Assembly: GCF_036321535.1 (NCBI RefSeq)
Contig: NC_087436.1
Coordinates: 107,758,001-107,822,000, forward strand
Direction of reading: 5' to 3'
DNA: 64,000 bases
Source of the DNA: Camelus dromedarius
Lineage: Eukaryota
Each line of letters starts with the position of its first letter. The first letter of the stretch is position 1. The translations under genes were made by a program, and so were the position numbers. The notes beneath the pieces were generated by a model. The model was not told where the DNA came from. It saw only the letters and a list, made by a program, of their open reading frames with translations, and made no database searches. Positions 26,467-38,329 of the stretch are shown one piece after another.

Positions 26467-26661
26467 TAATAAAGCTACATCTACTCCATTGTGATGGCTT
26501 CTTTCTCTAAAACAGACTTGAAATTGAGCCTCACAGAATTGAAATTGGACAACACAGTTGACTACTTCTTGACTCCAACTCTCAAACCTCCTGATAGAAC
26601 TTTTGAAATCAGTAAAGATTACTCTGAAGCTCAACGTTTCCACACATTTGAATGCACGTAA
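26467..26661 (+). other. Candidate exon: strong 3' splice site followed by a 55-codon ORF (26494-26661)
   Basis: 81-nt AG-free, U-rich tract ending TTTCAG at 26466; CTGAC and CTGAT branch candidates; gtgATGG start context; only a weak donor (CAC|GTAAAA) overlapping the stop. Confidence 0.35.
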
Positions 26662-27784
26662 AAATTCAGTTTCAGGATGAAGTAGTTAAGCATTCTTCAT
26701 AATAGAAGTGAATGATAAATAGAATATAGAATGGAAGTCAAAGAAATCGTGTTGCCTAGTACAAATAAAAATATTTGGCTAACCCAGCTGTGTTCAACAC
26801 AACATCACTTAAGACTTGGGATGAGAATTTACTGAAGCTTTTCCCTGTGTGCTTTCTTAGTTCCGTTAGTTAGTGAATAGCTAAATCTGAAAAGCTGACA
26901 CCCTAATTTTCCCTCTGGCTGTCCCTGTAATCTTCTGTCTTTAAACAAGCTCCAACTTAAAAAATAATTCAGCAAAACAGGACTTCTGCAGCCATTTAAA
27001 ATAAATCTAGACACCCAATTTTTCTTCTCCGTGTTGGATATCATTTTGCTCCAGTAAGTCTCTGGAAATGACAGTTGTCAGCAGGCATCCGTCCTACACT
27101 GGCCCTCGTTCATCTCCCACTGCAAACGGAGTTCCAAGTTCCTGTCTGCCCTCTTCCTCCAATCCTGTTCCTCCATATATCTTTTCCTGGGTCATAACAG
27201 AAGGAAAAATGAACAAAGATGATTCAGTATCTTCTTTCTCTCTTCTACTTATGACTAAAGAACTAAGTACCCTCTGATCAGAGAAACATTGCTCACCTGA
27301 CAAAGTGGAATTTCTAAACACTTTTCTCAGAGTGTCTAACTTGATCATATTACCTCCTTTCCTAGTCAATAACTAATTAAAACTGTGAGGCTGATTGTTG
27401 AAATAGTAGATGCCCTGCCATTTTAAAACATCTTGAAAACTGATGATCAGCTACCTTTTCCTGAAACAAACATAATAATTCACAATGTACTTTTAACCGA
27501 CAGAACAATTCATTAACGATAGTGGGAGATTTTTTATTTTTTACAGACCCATAATCATGTATCTTTAAATACATTTGTAAGGGAATGGAGTGGGGAGGGT
27601 AGAGAGAAACTCTTATCTATCATTTAAACATATCTCAAGTTTTGTCTAATCATGTGATATTGAATAAACACAACACTGTGAATAAAAGACTGAAAACAGT
27701 TCTGCTCAGTCTGAAGATGGTCCACAGGGCAGAGCCAGAGCTTTGGTGCTGCCACCGACTTTCCTTTTCCTGTGAGGCAACCAG

Positions 27785-28000
27785 TACAGATCAAAAGCGT
27801 GGACTTTGAGACCCATCGGCCTTGGTTCAGGTACTGGCTCTGCTGCTTTTTAGCTGTGTGACCTTGGGCAAATTACTTAGTCTCTCTGTGCCTCTTATGA
27901 ACAGTGGGGATACTCAAAGCACCCACCTCACAGAGTTGTGAGCTCTACATGTGCTAATACACACAATGCACTGTAAACCATGCTCGGCATGTGCTAAATC
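27785..28000 (+). mobile_element. MIR SINE
   Basis: ggctctgctgctttttagctgtgtgaccttgggcaaattacttagtctctctgtgcctc...cccacctcacagagttgtgag. Confidence 0.9.
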
Positions 28001-28699
28001 CTCTGTACGTGCCCCTCTAACTACCCTCAGGCTTGATTTTAAAATGCAGCAACACTCTATTAGGCGATGGAAACCTGTAATTAAAATCTAGTAAGTCAGG
28101 TTTAAACTTTACCCAATATTAATTGTTTTCCTTCTGTTAATACTGACATTTCGTAGCTTGATTTTCTTCCTTGCAATTTAGGACAGAAGTACCTCCTGCT
28201 CTGCAGTGCCAGGCAAGGAGAAGTAACTTCCCCCAGTGCCCCCATTTCCTCCTGTCTGTACTTAAGATGAGACTTAGTTTAAGCTGATGCCTCTCAAGGG
28301 AGTCTCGGGCTGCAGCTGAGACTCAGTTGTTATTTACAGGATGACCTAGGTTGGTTCTTAGTCCACGTGGATTTGAAGAGCCTGGGAAGTCTAGATCTGC
28401 TTTCATAAAAGAAAAACAGTGGGTGCCAGCTCAGAGTCACTGTAAGGATGCTTTCCCATTCCCTTTCTCTCACTGTATTCCTTCAGTGCTCAATCGATCG
28501 CTAAAGCTAGGTCACATGGTTTATATCTGGAGGTTTTGCCTAAGATTTTCAAACGAATCAGGTGCTGAAAGTCAGCACTGAAAATGTCTTGCCCATGACG
28601 TAGATTTAGACAAGCCCAATATAAGTAGACTGTTTCTGAGCTCTTAAAGGTGATGAGGGTGGTGATAATGATGAAGACAATGATGACAGGGATGACAGT

Positions 28700-28865
28700 A
28701 ATAATACCAGTAGGTACCATGGATTGGCTAGACAGCAGACGAGGTGTTTAAACACGTTGAATGATTTAGTCCTCACAACGACCCTATATGGCATTATCCC
28801 AATTTTATAAACAAAGAAAAATTAAAGAGGCTAGTGGCTTTCACCAGGTGATACAACCAGTGGAT
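28700..28865 (-). mobile_element. MIR SINE
   Basis: gatttagtcctcacaacgaccctat...attatcccaattttata. Confidence 0.7.
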
Positions 28866-30031
28866 GTTCACCAGCCTCCATTGCGCAGGCTTCTCGGCCA
28901 AACAGCGTCACTTTGTCACCCATCTACTAGCCCCTTACGAATTTCTGCTTAGAAATGCCTTCATCTCTCTCAAAATTGAGATACCTCATCGTCTCCTTTA
29001 TGTGTCTTTCTTTACTGCTTGCTAGTAAATTCATGTCTCTATAAATTGCCTCTGTTGACTCCCAGGTATTAGGTTATTTGATCCTGCTATTCTAATTTAT
29101 GCCCTTTCAGGATGCAGCCACAGAAGAAAAAAGACCTTGCGAAGCTCATGCATTTCCAGATGAGTTTATAAATAGAAGCAGCATCATCCAGTCTCTGGAA
29201 ATAGAGAGACACCAGGAGGGAGGCCGTTTTCAGGCATCTCTTGCCTTGACCAGGTCACTTCTTATTGTCGTCTTCATTGACGAGTGAAGGTAATTGATTC
29301 CCTCTGTCTGTTGAAGGTTTACTGGGTGCTGTTTGCTACCCAAAGAAGCAGCAGAATTCTGTTAGCCTCTGCCCATTCATCTCCTTTTAGTAGCAAGATA
29401 AAGCCACACAAGCAGTTTGGAAAAAGACAGTGGAATGAATTTAGCCCAGTTTTATTTGGTTCAACAAACATAAGCAAATGATTATCAGGCTTTAAGCGTG
29501 AAATACTATAGAGCACATTTATAGCTTTGGGTCATATTTAACTCAACAGCAGTGATAATAGAAACTCAGTGCAGTCTTACACTGAGTCATGCAATAAGGG
29601 GCGTAACTTTGTATGTAAGATGTGCACTTAAAAACCAGCAATCATTAAGTCCCAACTACTTTTTTAAAAAGTCAAAACAAGACATTTACTAATAACATTT
29701 CCTGGCTTCTCATCCATCTGCAACTTGTGTAGTGCATATTCTTGTACCCTCTTCCACTCTGGACTTATTCGTTGGGGATTCATGTGAGACAGATAACCGA
29801 ATTTTCAGAGTCTTCGGACTGTTAGGCACTTGACCTCAGACATTATAATTAATGGGACCATGGCAGCAGAGAAAACAAGAGCTTTAGTGATAAATGGACA
29901 TGGGTTGGAATCCTAGTCCATGTCTTACTATTTCCTCATCTCTGAAAAATAGACATAAGAACATAAGAATCCCAACCTTTTGTGGTTATTGTAAGGCTTG
30001 AGTGAGACGGGATGTGTAATAGCTTAGACTG

Positions 30032-30170
30032 GTGTCTATATATATATATGTCTATATATATATAGACACACACACACACATATATATTACACCGGGTTTG
30101 TGTATATATGTGTGTTTGAGTGTGTGTATGTGTGTGTGTGGGTGTATATATATATATATATATATAGCGC
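30032..30170. repeat. Compound (TA)n/(CA)n/(TG)n microsatellite
   Basis: Read directly; includes the 20-bp palindrome TGTCTATATATATATAGACA at 30049-30068. Confidence 0.9.
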
Positions 30171-30259
30171 TCAATGAAGGTGTCATCTTTCATTTACCCA
30201 TCACTGCCCATCTGTCCTAGTTCTAAACAAGACCTGAATGTCATAGTCATATGAGAATA

Positions 30260-30480
30260 TAGGTTCCAAAGTTGGAGTCCAGACTTCAAGTTCCTTGTCC
30301 ACTGCTTACTAACTTTTTCAATCTACAGCAAATGTTTATATCTTTTGAATCTCCAATTTTTTATCTGTAAACTACAATCATAATGGCACCTGTCCTCTAG
30401 AGTTGTTTTACATGAGGTAATGCATATAAAATGTCTAACACATACACACTTAATATATGTTTGATATTAACATTATTAAT
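30260..30480 (+). mobile_element. MIR SINE
   Basis: tggagtccagac...cactgcttactaact...ttatctgtaaa...tgaggtaatgcatataaaatgtcta. Confidence 0.65.
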
Positions 30481-30514
30481 GCACAAGATGTCATTCAAAA
30501 TGGTCCAGTCTTAT

Positions 30515-30770
30515 AATAATAAGTAATGGCCTCTCATGTGACAAGTACAGTTCTAAGAACTTGACTTTGCATTAAACCATACAGTTCCTGTAGTAACTTG
30601 ATGAGGTAGGTATTGTTATTTATAAACGTGCCCATTTTCAAGTTGAAAAAAAAATGAGGCCCAAAGAGAATAATTTTCCCAAAGGCTCATAACTAGGAAG
30701 TGATAGAACTGGGATTTGAATTCTGGGTGTTAAGTTTCAGGGTCTATATTCTCAGTCATTTGCTCTATCT
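30515..30770 (-). mobile_element. MIR SINE
   Basis: atgaggtaggtattgtta...cccattttc...tgaggcccaaagag...gaactgggatttgaa. Confidence 0.75.
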
Positions 30771-30807
30771 TATCTGCCTCACACGTTATTTAAAAACAGC
30801 TCAGTGA

Positions 30808-31078
30808 GATAAAAGAAGATGTGGTGTATATATTCACAACAGAACACTACTCAGCCATGAAAAAGAATAAAATAATACCGTCTGCAGCAATGTGGACAGA
30901 CCTGGAGATCATCATTCTAAGTGAAGTAAGCCAGAAAGAAAAAGAAAAATGCCATATATTGCTTGTATACTGAAACTAAAAATGAACTTATCTACAAAAC
31001 AGAAACAGACTCACAGACTTAGAGAATAAGCTTATGATTACTGGGGGGTAAAGGGATAAATTGGAAATTCAAAAATTG
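30808..31078 (+). mobile_element. Younger cetartiodactyl-type L1 fragment (ORF2 end and start of 3'UTR)
   Basis: Encodes ...SAMKKNKIIPSAAMWTDLEIIILSEVSQKEK..., followed by aatgaacttatctacaaaacagaaacagactcacagac...aagggataaattgg. Confidence 0.85.
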
Positions 31079-31082
31079 ATCC

Positions 31083-31233
31083 TCTTGGATAGTGATGGAA
31101 ATGTTAGCTATCTTGATTGTGGTAGTGGTTTTGTAGGTATATACATCTATCAAAATGCATCAAATTGTACATTTGAAATATGTGTAGTTTACCATACAGG
31201 AACCATACTAAAATAAAGGTGTTAAAAAAAAAA
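31083..31233 (+). mobile_element. Old L1 (L1MB/MC-type) extreme 3' end with poly-A
   Basis: gtgatggaaatgtt..tatcttgattgtggtagtggtt...atatacat...caaattgtacatttgaaatatgtg...aataaaggtgttaaaaaaaaaa. Confidence 0.85.
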
Positions 31234-32234
31234 GGTATTAAAAATGTTTCGGACATGAGGAAAAAAAAACCCGGGTCAGTGAGGTAGGTAGGCAGGCAAT
31301 GTACCATTGTTTCTGATTTTGTAAAGAAGAAACCCAGGGTCCAAAGGGTCAGACTTGGTGAAGTTGCTTCTCTCAATCCATGAAACAAAGAGTCCAGCCT
31401 TCCTTCACAGTTTGCAAAAACCTCTAAGGATTCCTGACCACCTATTTTCTGTGCATTTGGGGAAGAATGGGAAAGAAATTGCCTTGAAGTCTCATGTCTT
31501 ATTTTAAAAATTCAGCTAGTTTAACATTTTACTCCATAATGTAACTGTTGGTTTGAATATAAAAATTATATTTACAGTTTCTTCATGCTTGAATGTAATG
31601 AATACTCCGGGAAGATGTGTCATGTTTTTCCTATGGATTTTGTGTCTACCAGTTCAAGAACTTGGCCTTAAATATAATGAGAGCAATGCTAAATCATAAA
31701 ACTTCTTGGGCGTCAGTAAGACCCTATATAACTTAATATCAGCATTTTGGACTTCTTTTTTTCTTAATGCTGTAAAGATGTCACCTAATGGTTTACATGA
31801 GAGAAGAGCCAAGATAAGCACATTCTCCTGGCAGCCGTCCTGGTGAACAAACAGCTCTTGCACTGGACTCTTGAACCCATACATTGATCGCTGAGAAAAA
31901 CAATTATTAGCACAATTGGAGTCATTGCTCAAGGCCTCGCTTACAGTGACTTAAAGTAGCCCCAGACTGGTGAGCACATCCTGCCATCATGCTGGACACT
32001 GCTTCTTTCCCCCTGGACACTCTAGTGATGCCAGATAATTGTGGTTCTTCGAGTGCTGTACACTTCTTCCCGCCTCCCACCTTTGCACACGCTGTCCCCT
32101 TGCCTTGGAATATCTTTGCCACATTCAGGATCCAGCGTACATTAATATAGACTCTTTAACCTCCAAATGTTGAATACATTCAAGTGATTCCTAACGGAGA
32201 TGAGAATGATGGTGCTGATTGAATAAGTCACTAT

Positions 32235-32720
32235 GACAAATGTTTATTGACTGTTGAGTGTCAAATATTATACAGGGGATGTTATCCACATTATAGAACC
32301 AGAACCTATAAGCTTTAAATTCAAATTAATAACTATTCAGTATATCTTGTAAACCAATGACTTCATTAGGTGTTGGGAATACAAACACGAGCAAGATGTT
32401 TTCTCTGACTGAAAAACCTCACAGCTTGTCGGGGGAGCCAAACATACAAACAAAAAACCCACGTTAAAATGTGTTGAGTGATGATATCAGATAAGGGCAT
32501 GATAAGTCCTCGATGGGGCAGAGTGGAGGAAGGGTCTAAGAAAACTGTATCATAGATGGATATAAGGACTGGGCCACCGAGGAAGAAGGATGGGTTTGCC
32601 ACGCAAAAATGTCGAGGAGGACATCCCAGAGGGGGAAAAACAGCCCGGGTATCTTGCAGTTCAGGGCAGGGCCAAGGAAGGGATTTTGTATCAGGAACTA
32701 GATTAAGGGGGAAAGAGCAC
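32235..32720 (-). mobile_element. L2 fragment
   Basis: caaatgtttattgact...aacctcacagcttgtcggggg...gaggaagaaggatggg...catcccagagggggaaaaacagc. Confidence 0.65.
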
Positions 32721-34869
32721 AAGTTAGGACTTTCGGTTTGGGGATTATGCGTCCGTATCTGTGATCAACAGGCAGTGCTGCCCCATCTGCAAGATTAGAC
32801 ACTGGACCACAGTGAGTGGAGCTCAGCTGCTGTGAATATTCACATCTGTCAGGCTTACTCGTCCGCTGTGCAAGAGGCAAATTCTGCTCCCCTTACGATT
32901 CCAAGTCTTGCATTTCTGGCTGTTAGTGGCAGAACCTCCACTGTATTTATAACCATAGCTACAGGGGATATAATTGTGACAGAGGATGTAATATATTGTT
33001 TTTAGCTTTCCATCCTATCCAGTACAGGGTGAGAAGGACATAAAAGGAGGTGGAAATGGATGCTAAGACTCAATACATACTATGTCACTCACAGAATATA
33101 CAAAATCTCTCTACACAGAGGAAGTGTCTTCCGTGCTTCAGGCACAAAAGACTGGGGATATTAAGATGAATGACATGTGGGCCCTGCCTTCAGGCTGTTC
33201 CCTTTGTCAACATAAGAAAAGATGGTTTGAAAGAACATTGTGCTAAGTTAGGGTAGAAAAGTAAAAGCTTTCTTTACAGAGAATAATTCAAACAAAGAAA
33301 CTGGGGTGGGGGTCATTTGGAGAATTTACCATTCTGTCACCACAGCACCAACAAAAACCTTTCTTCATCTCTTAGCATCAGAGATCCAAACACATCTCTA
33401 GTCCGTAAAGCTCTAGGTCTTTAAAAGCAAAAGTATTCGAAAGTGTAATCAATAAGAACTTAGTACATTTTGAACTGAATTTGAACTGAACGCATCAGCT
33501 ACTTACAGAGAAATGCTGTTTCGTGCCAGGAAGCCTGTTTGGCAGATAGTAACATTGCAAGTAGTGAGAAAACATAAGTCACCTTGAGAGCTGATTGAAT
33601 ATAATCCATGATTAATGGCAAATTTGTGGTCCCTTTAATGACCATAGCTAAATCAAACCAAATTGAACCATAAATTTGTATGCTCTCTGAAATTGGGTCA
33701 TGGAAAAGTAAGCTTTATGAAGAAGAAAAATCAATTTTGTAATATTACTGTGATCAGATTCATAACTCACAGTTTGGCATTTTTTATTTGAGGAGTTTTG
33801 ACTACCCTTTTTACATATTGACATGTATTTAATTAAGATGGCAAAGTTGTGTATAGATGTAATCCCAAAGGGCTTTCGTCAACAGCCATACATTTTCTTT
33901 TGGTTGATTTTATTTCAGCCACATGCACTAAAATCAGCATGGGTTCAATCACTTAAGAGTAGAGATGCTTTAATTATCATTTTAATGAAAGAAATGAGGA
34001 AATGGACTAGCTTAGTTCTCAGTACTGAGGCCTAGTTGAAACTGGTTGAATGGTTTCAGGTCTTCTAGAAGTTTGATGGCGTCTCATGTTTCCATCAGGA
34101 TTAAACTAAACAAAATGGTAATCACGTTTTGAAAAGTATGCAATTGACATATTGACCCGAGGCCTTATTATCTGCATGGGTAGTGTCTCTGAGGCTGTGG
34201 TGTCAATTTCTAGCTGAAATTTAGGAATAGACAAAAATGACCCTTTATAGCCATTTCAGAAAAGAAAAAAAAAGTGGGGACGGTAGATGTGGGGAGAGAG
34301 AAGTTTGCAGCCATTGCACCCCTCTGCTGCATGGTTTGATTTCCCCCAAGAGCAGTTGGAATATGCCTGTTCTCACAACTCCCACCTATACCCTAAAATG
34401 CTTTCTAGTGACTCCCATGGGCACAGGCAGCAGAGAAAAAGGCCAGATGATCTATCAGTTCTCTTCTAGATTCAGAGGCTGAGTGGAGTCAGCAAAAGAA
34501 CTGGGGCTTTGAGAGCAGACTGGAAACAAGGAGGTGGGAGCCTGGGTGGGTGAGGGCAGCACACCCAAGTTGTAGACATTCTCCACCTGTCATTGTGGTG
34601 AATGGTAGAGAGAAAAACTTACTGCTGTTCAGCCAAACATGATACCAGTTACTGACATTTGACTGAAATCTTAAATAAGTTTGTGGTTAACTTAGGACCA
34701 CTGTAACTGAAGCTGGTTCAGTAGAGAGAGGAGCACTGGATTGTAACATATCTTTGAAGCAGCAAGGATAATTATTATATGTCATAGAGAAAAGAGTCTT
34801 CTGCTTTCTGAGCTAAATCATCGCTCCCCCCTCCCCCGATGAGGGCACGCTCTGGTTGCCACTGTCTCC

Positions 34870-35660
34870 CTGCTCGTTCTATCTAAAAGACACCAGCGTT
34901 CACCAAACTGCTCAACATCCCCAAACTGGAGTTGTTCTTCACACTTCTCTTCTGACCCTCTTCATCCCTTATTTCAGCAATCCCTCAGAGTCTACCTTCA
35001 ACGTGTATCATGGACCCTATCCTTTTGTTCCACCATTACCACCCTCATCCTAGTCCGTGGACTACTGGTTTTGTCAGTGGGCTCCATCAGTGGGCTTTTC
35101 TCTGCTCTCTCTTGCCATGAAACCAAAATTTAAATAATATTTCTCCCTGACTCAGAACCCACCAGAGGTTTTTAGTCTCAAGTAAAGTAAAATCATAGGC
35201 TTTGCACACCTCTGGGCTTCCAGGGACTTGCCCCACTTATCTCTTCAGTGCCAGCTCCTACTGCAGTCTCCCTGATACTGACTCCTTCCCCGTTCGTTGA
35301 GCGTGACCAGGATGCTCCCCACTCGGAGCCCTTACACTTGATTGTCCCTCTTCCTGGAGTGTAGTTCCCCCAGAAATGTCAAGTCATTCATATCTCTGCT
35401 CAAAAATCATCTCCTCAGAGAAGCCTTCCCTGATCTCCTATTTAGTGACCCCCACAACACTCACGATTACTTCCTTACTCTGCTTTTATTAAACCTTATG
35501 GCACATAGGTAACTGACTTGACACCATAGCTTTTTTCTTTAATTTAGCACTTTTGCTTATCACTTATAAGCTGCTTCACAGGGGTAAAGACTTCATCTTC
35601 ACTACCTATAACAGTATGTGTCACACGTTAAGTAATAAATGTTTATTGAATAAAGAAATG
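34870..35660 (+). mobile_element. L2a-like fragment including the 3' end
   Basis: caccagcgttcaccaaactgctcaa...ccaaactggagtt...tcatctcctcagagaagccttccctga...aataaatgtttattgaataaa. Confidence 0.85.
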
Positions 35661-36559
35661 TACAACTTTTAACTAAAAATGGAGCCTGTTGCACTACTGT
35701 ATGTTAACTGCCCAAATTCTCATAAGCAATCAAGTTTCAGAACCATGTCTTAGGTAATAAAGCAAGAAGGGCAATGTATTACATAATCTACCAGCATAAT
35801 TGAATCATCCCGGTTGTTCCAGTTATACTGAAAAGGCTCCTCTGTGTTTTGACCTCACCAGGGAGGCTTACAATAGCTAGTTTATGTTCATGAAGACACA
35901 GAATCTTATCCTCACATAGTCATGCTTTGATCTACTTTGAGCTATTTAGAAATTAAGTATTATCTTGTATGTTTTCCATAGTTGTCTTTTATTTTTCCCA
36001 ACTCCAAATATTAGAGATTCTCTAATTTCAGGTCCAATCTGGACTACAGGATTAAATCTTTCCTTTTTTACTTCTTGAAGTAGTACCTTAAGAGTTCATT
36101 CTGTTGCAGACAGCTTAAAATAGAGTTACACAGAAGATCACAGTGGCAATCAACTTGAAAACGGTTCTAACCACGGCATAAAGGGAAGAGCGCAGTTCAG
36201 AGGAAAACTACCAGAACATAGAAGAGAATTTACTTTCTACAGAGATACATTTTTAGGAACTTCTCTAGCAGGTTCGGGGGATCTGACTGCCTGGCAAAAT
36301 CCATCACCCCACAGCAAAATTAATCATTCCTAGAGGCAGAAGAGAAAGATAACTTGAATATGGTGATTTTAAGATTCCAAGCATCTTTTCTTTATTTTTT
36401 TTTTTTTCCTTAAAAATTATTTTCACTTTGTATTTAGGCAGTAAAGACCAGCGCCAACATTTTAATGCAGTGTTGGTGGGAGGAAGTTAAACCGGAAGAC
36501 CTGGATTTGAAGAATTTGCTTTCTACCTAAAGCTACATGACCTGAAGTAAACTATTCAA

Positions 36560-37310
36560 TGTGGTGGGTGGAGACTCTTGTTTATCACTGTGTCTGTTTG
36601 TCCCTCCCTCCTGGGCACACGGCCCATAGGAGCTTATTACAAATGGCCACATGACCGAAGTGTTTGTATGGGTTTCCTAGGACTGGTGTAGCAAAGCGCC
36701 AAGAGCAGGGGACTCAAGCAACAGAAACGCATTTTCTTGCTGTGCTGGAGTCTAGAAGTCCAAGATCAAGGTGTTGGCAGGGCTGGTTTCTTAGAAGGCC
36801 TCTCTCCTTGGCTGGAAGATGACCATCTTCTCCTTCCTGTGTCTTTACATCATCTTCCTTCTGTGTGTCTCTCTGTCGAAATTTCCTCTTAAAGGTTGGT
36901 CACTCATATTGGATTAGGGCCCATCCTGATGACTTTGTTTTGATTTAAAGTCACATTCTGAGGTATTGAGGTTAGGACCTCAACAAATGGATTTTGGAAG
37001 GGACACAGTTCAGCCCATAATGCTCACTAGTGGCAAGCAGAAGTGACGGTGTGTGACTTGCATCTCATCTGCTTAAAAGATGTTTGCCCTAGACTTGCCT
37101 TTTCTATTCCCTTCACTGCCTAGAAGCAGCAATGAGTGAAATCACCTTGAAGGCCATATGTTGGGTGCCCAGTCATGGGAATTGCTGAGATGTCTTCCTC
37201 AGATAGGAGCCTTCATTCTCACCTTGTAATGTGCTTGGAAAGAGAAATAGACTTGACTTTGTTAGTGACACCCGACTTATGTCTGTTTGATAAAGTAACT
37301 CATTGTTCAC
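36560..37310 (+). mobile_element. Old MaLR LTR (MLT1H/I-like) split by an MLT1B LTR
   Basis: cctcctgggcacac...ggccacatgac lies before, and gcagaagtga...gtgtgactt...gagaaatagactt after, the nested element. Confidence 0.45.
36665..37022 (-). mobile_element. MLT1B-type MaLR solo LTR
   Basis: aacagaaa...tctagaagtccaagatcaaggtgttggcagggctgg...catattggattagggccca...gtcacattctgaggta...ggacacagttcagcccataa. Confidence 0.9.
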
Positions 37311-38329
37311 TAAAAACATATTTTTGTCTGAGCCCAACTTTTCTCATCTCAAAAATGGGATTAAGGAACTTGCTCAGACTGTTGTGATAAAAAAATAACA
37401 TCTCTGTGTAAATGTGCCCAACACAACAATGAAGCTAAAACTATAATGGGAATGATTTTCTGCATTCTACTTGGAGAAAAGCCCTATTGTGTTAATGATG
37501 TAAAATTGCATTATAAATTAAAAATCGTCATTCAAATTTAAGAATTTATTGTTATTAACCCCTAAATCACTATACTCATTACGGAATTTAATGACAGGCT
37601 TCAAAAGGTCTTTAACAGCAGAATTTTTAGTACATGTGGTTCTCTTCTTCAGAGAGTCCATAGTCTTCATAGGATTTTCAGATGTATTTTTGATTCATCA
37701 GTGTTAAGAACCACTGAATTAAAGAACCTTATCAGGCTGGGTAAAATCAGGATCTCTGAGGGTTTAGCTCAAAGGTGGTGCCAACAGATAATACAGCCCT
37801 AGAGGATCAGAATGGAAGGACCACCACTGGAGAGCGCTGATAGGAACCCAGGGAAGCCTCACATACTCATTAGGATCCAAGAGAGATGTTAGAGAAAGAG
37901 GTGGGTGGAGATGGAGGGATGGATAGATTCTGGGGGAAGCTGCTGTAATTTTCCATCTTTGCCTCAGAGTTTGCTGTCCTACTGGCTTTGATCCCCTCAA
38001 TCTGGCCTCCGCTCATTTATGTGCTGGATATTATCAAAAAGATGCTATGAAAGGAATCTAGAGATTTTCTAGTTCAACATCCCCTCGTGCAGGCAATAAA
38101 GCTGGGACCGTGGAAGAAAAGGGAAATGTTGTGGCCAGGATCACACAGCTGGTCAGCATAACCAGGCTGGAATCTGGCTCCGCTGTGCTCTGTCCAGCAA
38201 ACTACATCAATTACAATGTCATTCCCACAGTAGTTAACAGTCCCTGGGGTGAGTGGGGGGAGAATTTCCCACCAATAGGAGACAGCACGGCTCTACCACC
38301 TGCTTTCTCCTCCTCCACCTTCTCCTTTT

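Noticed and set aside
30260..30770. Tail-to-tail inverted MIR pair as a dsRNA hairpin
   Set aside because: Copies are too diverged for an extended duplex, and such pairs are common.
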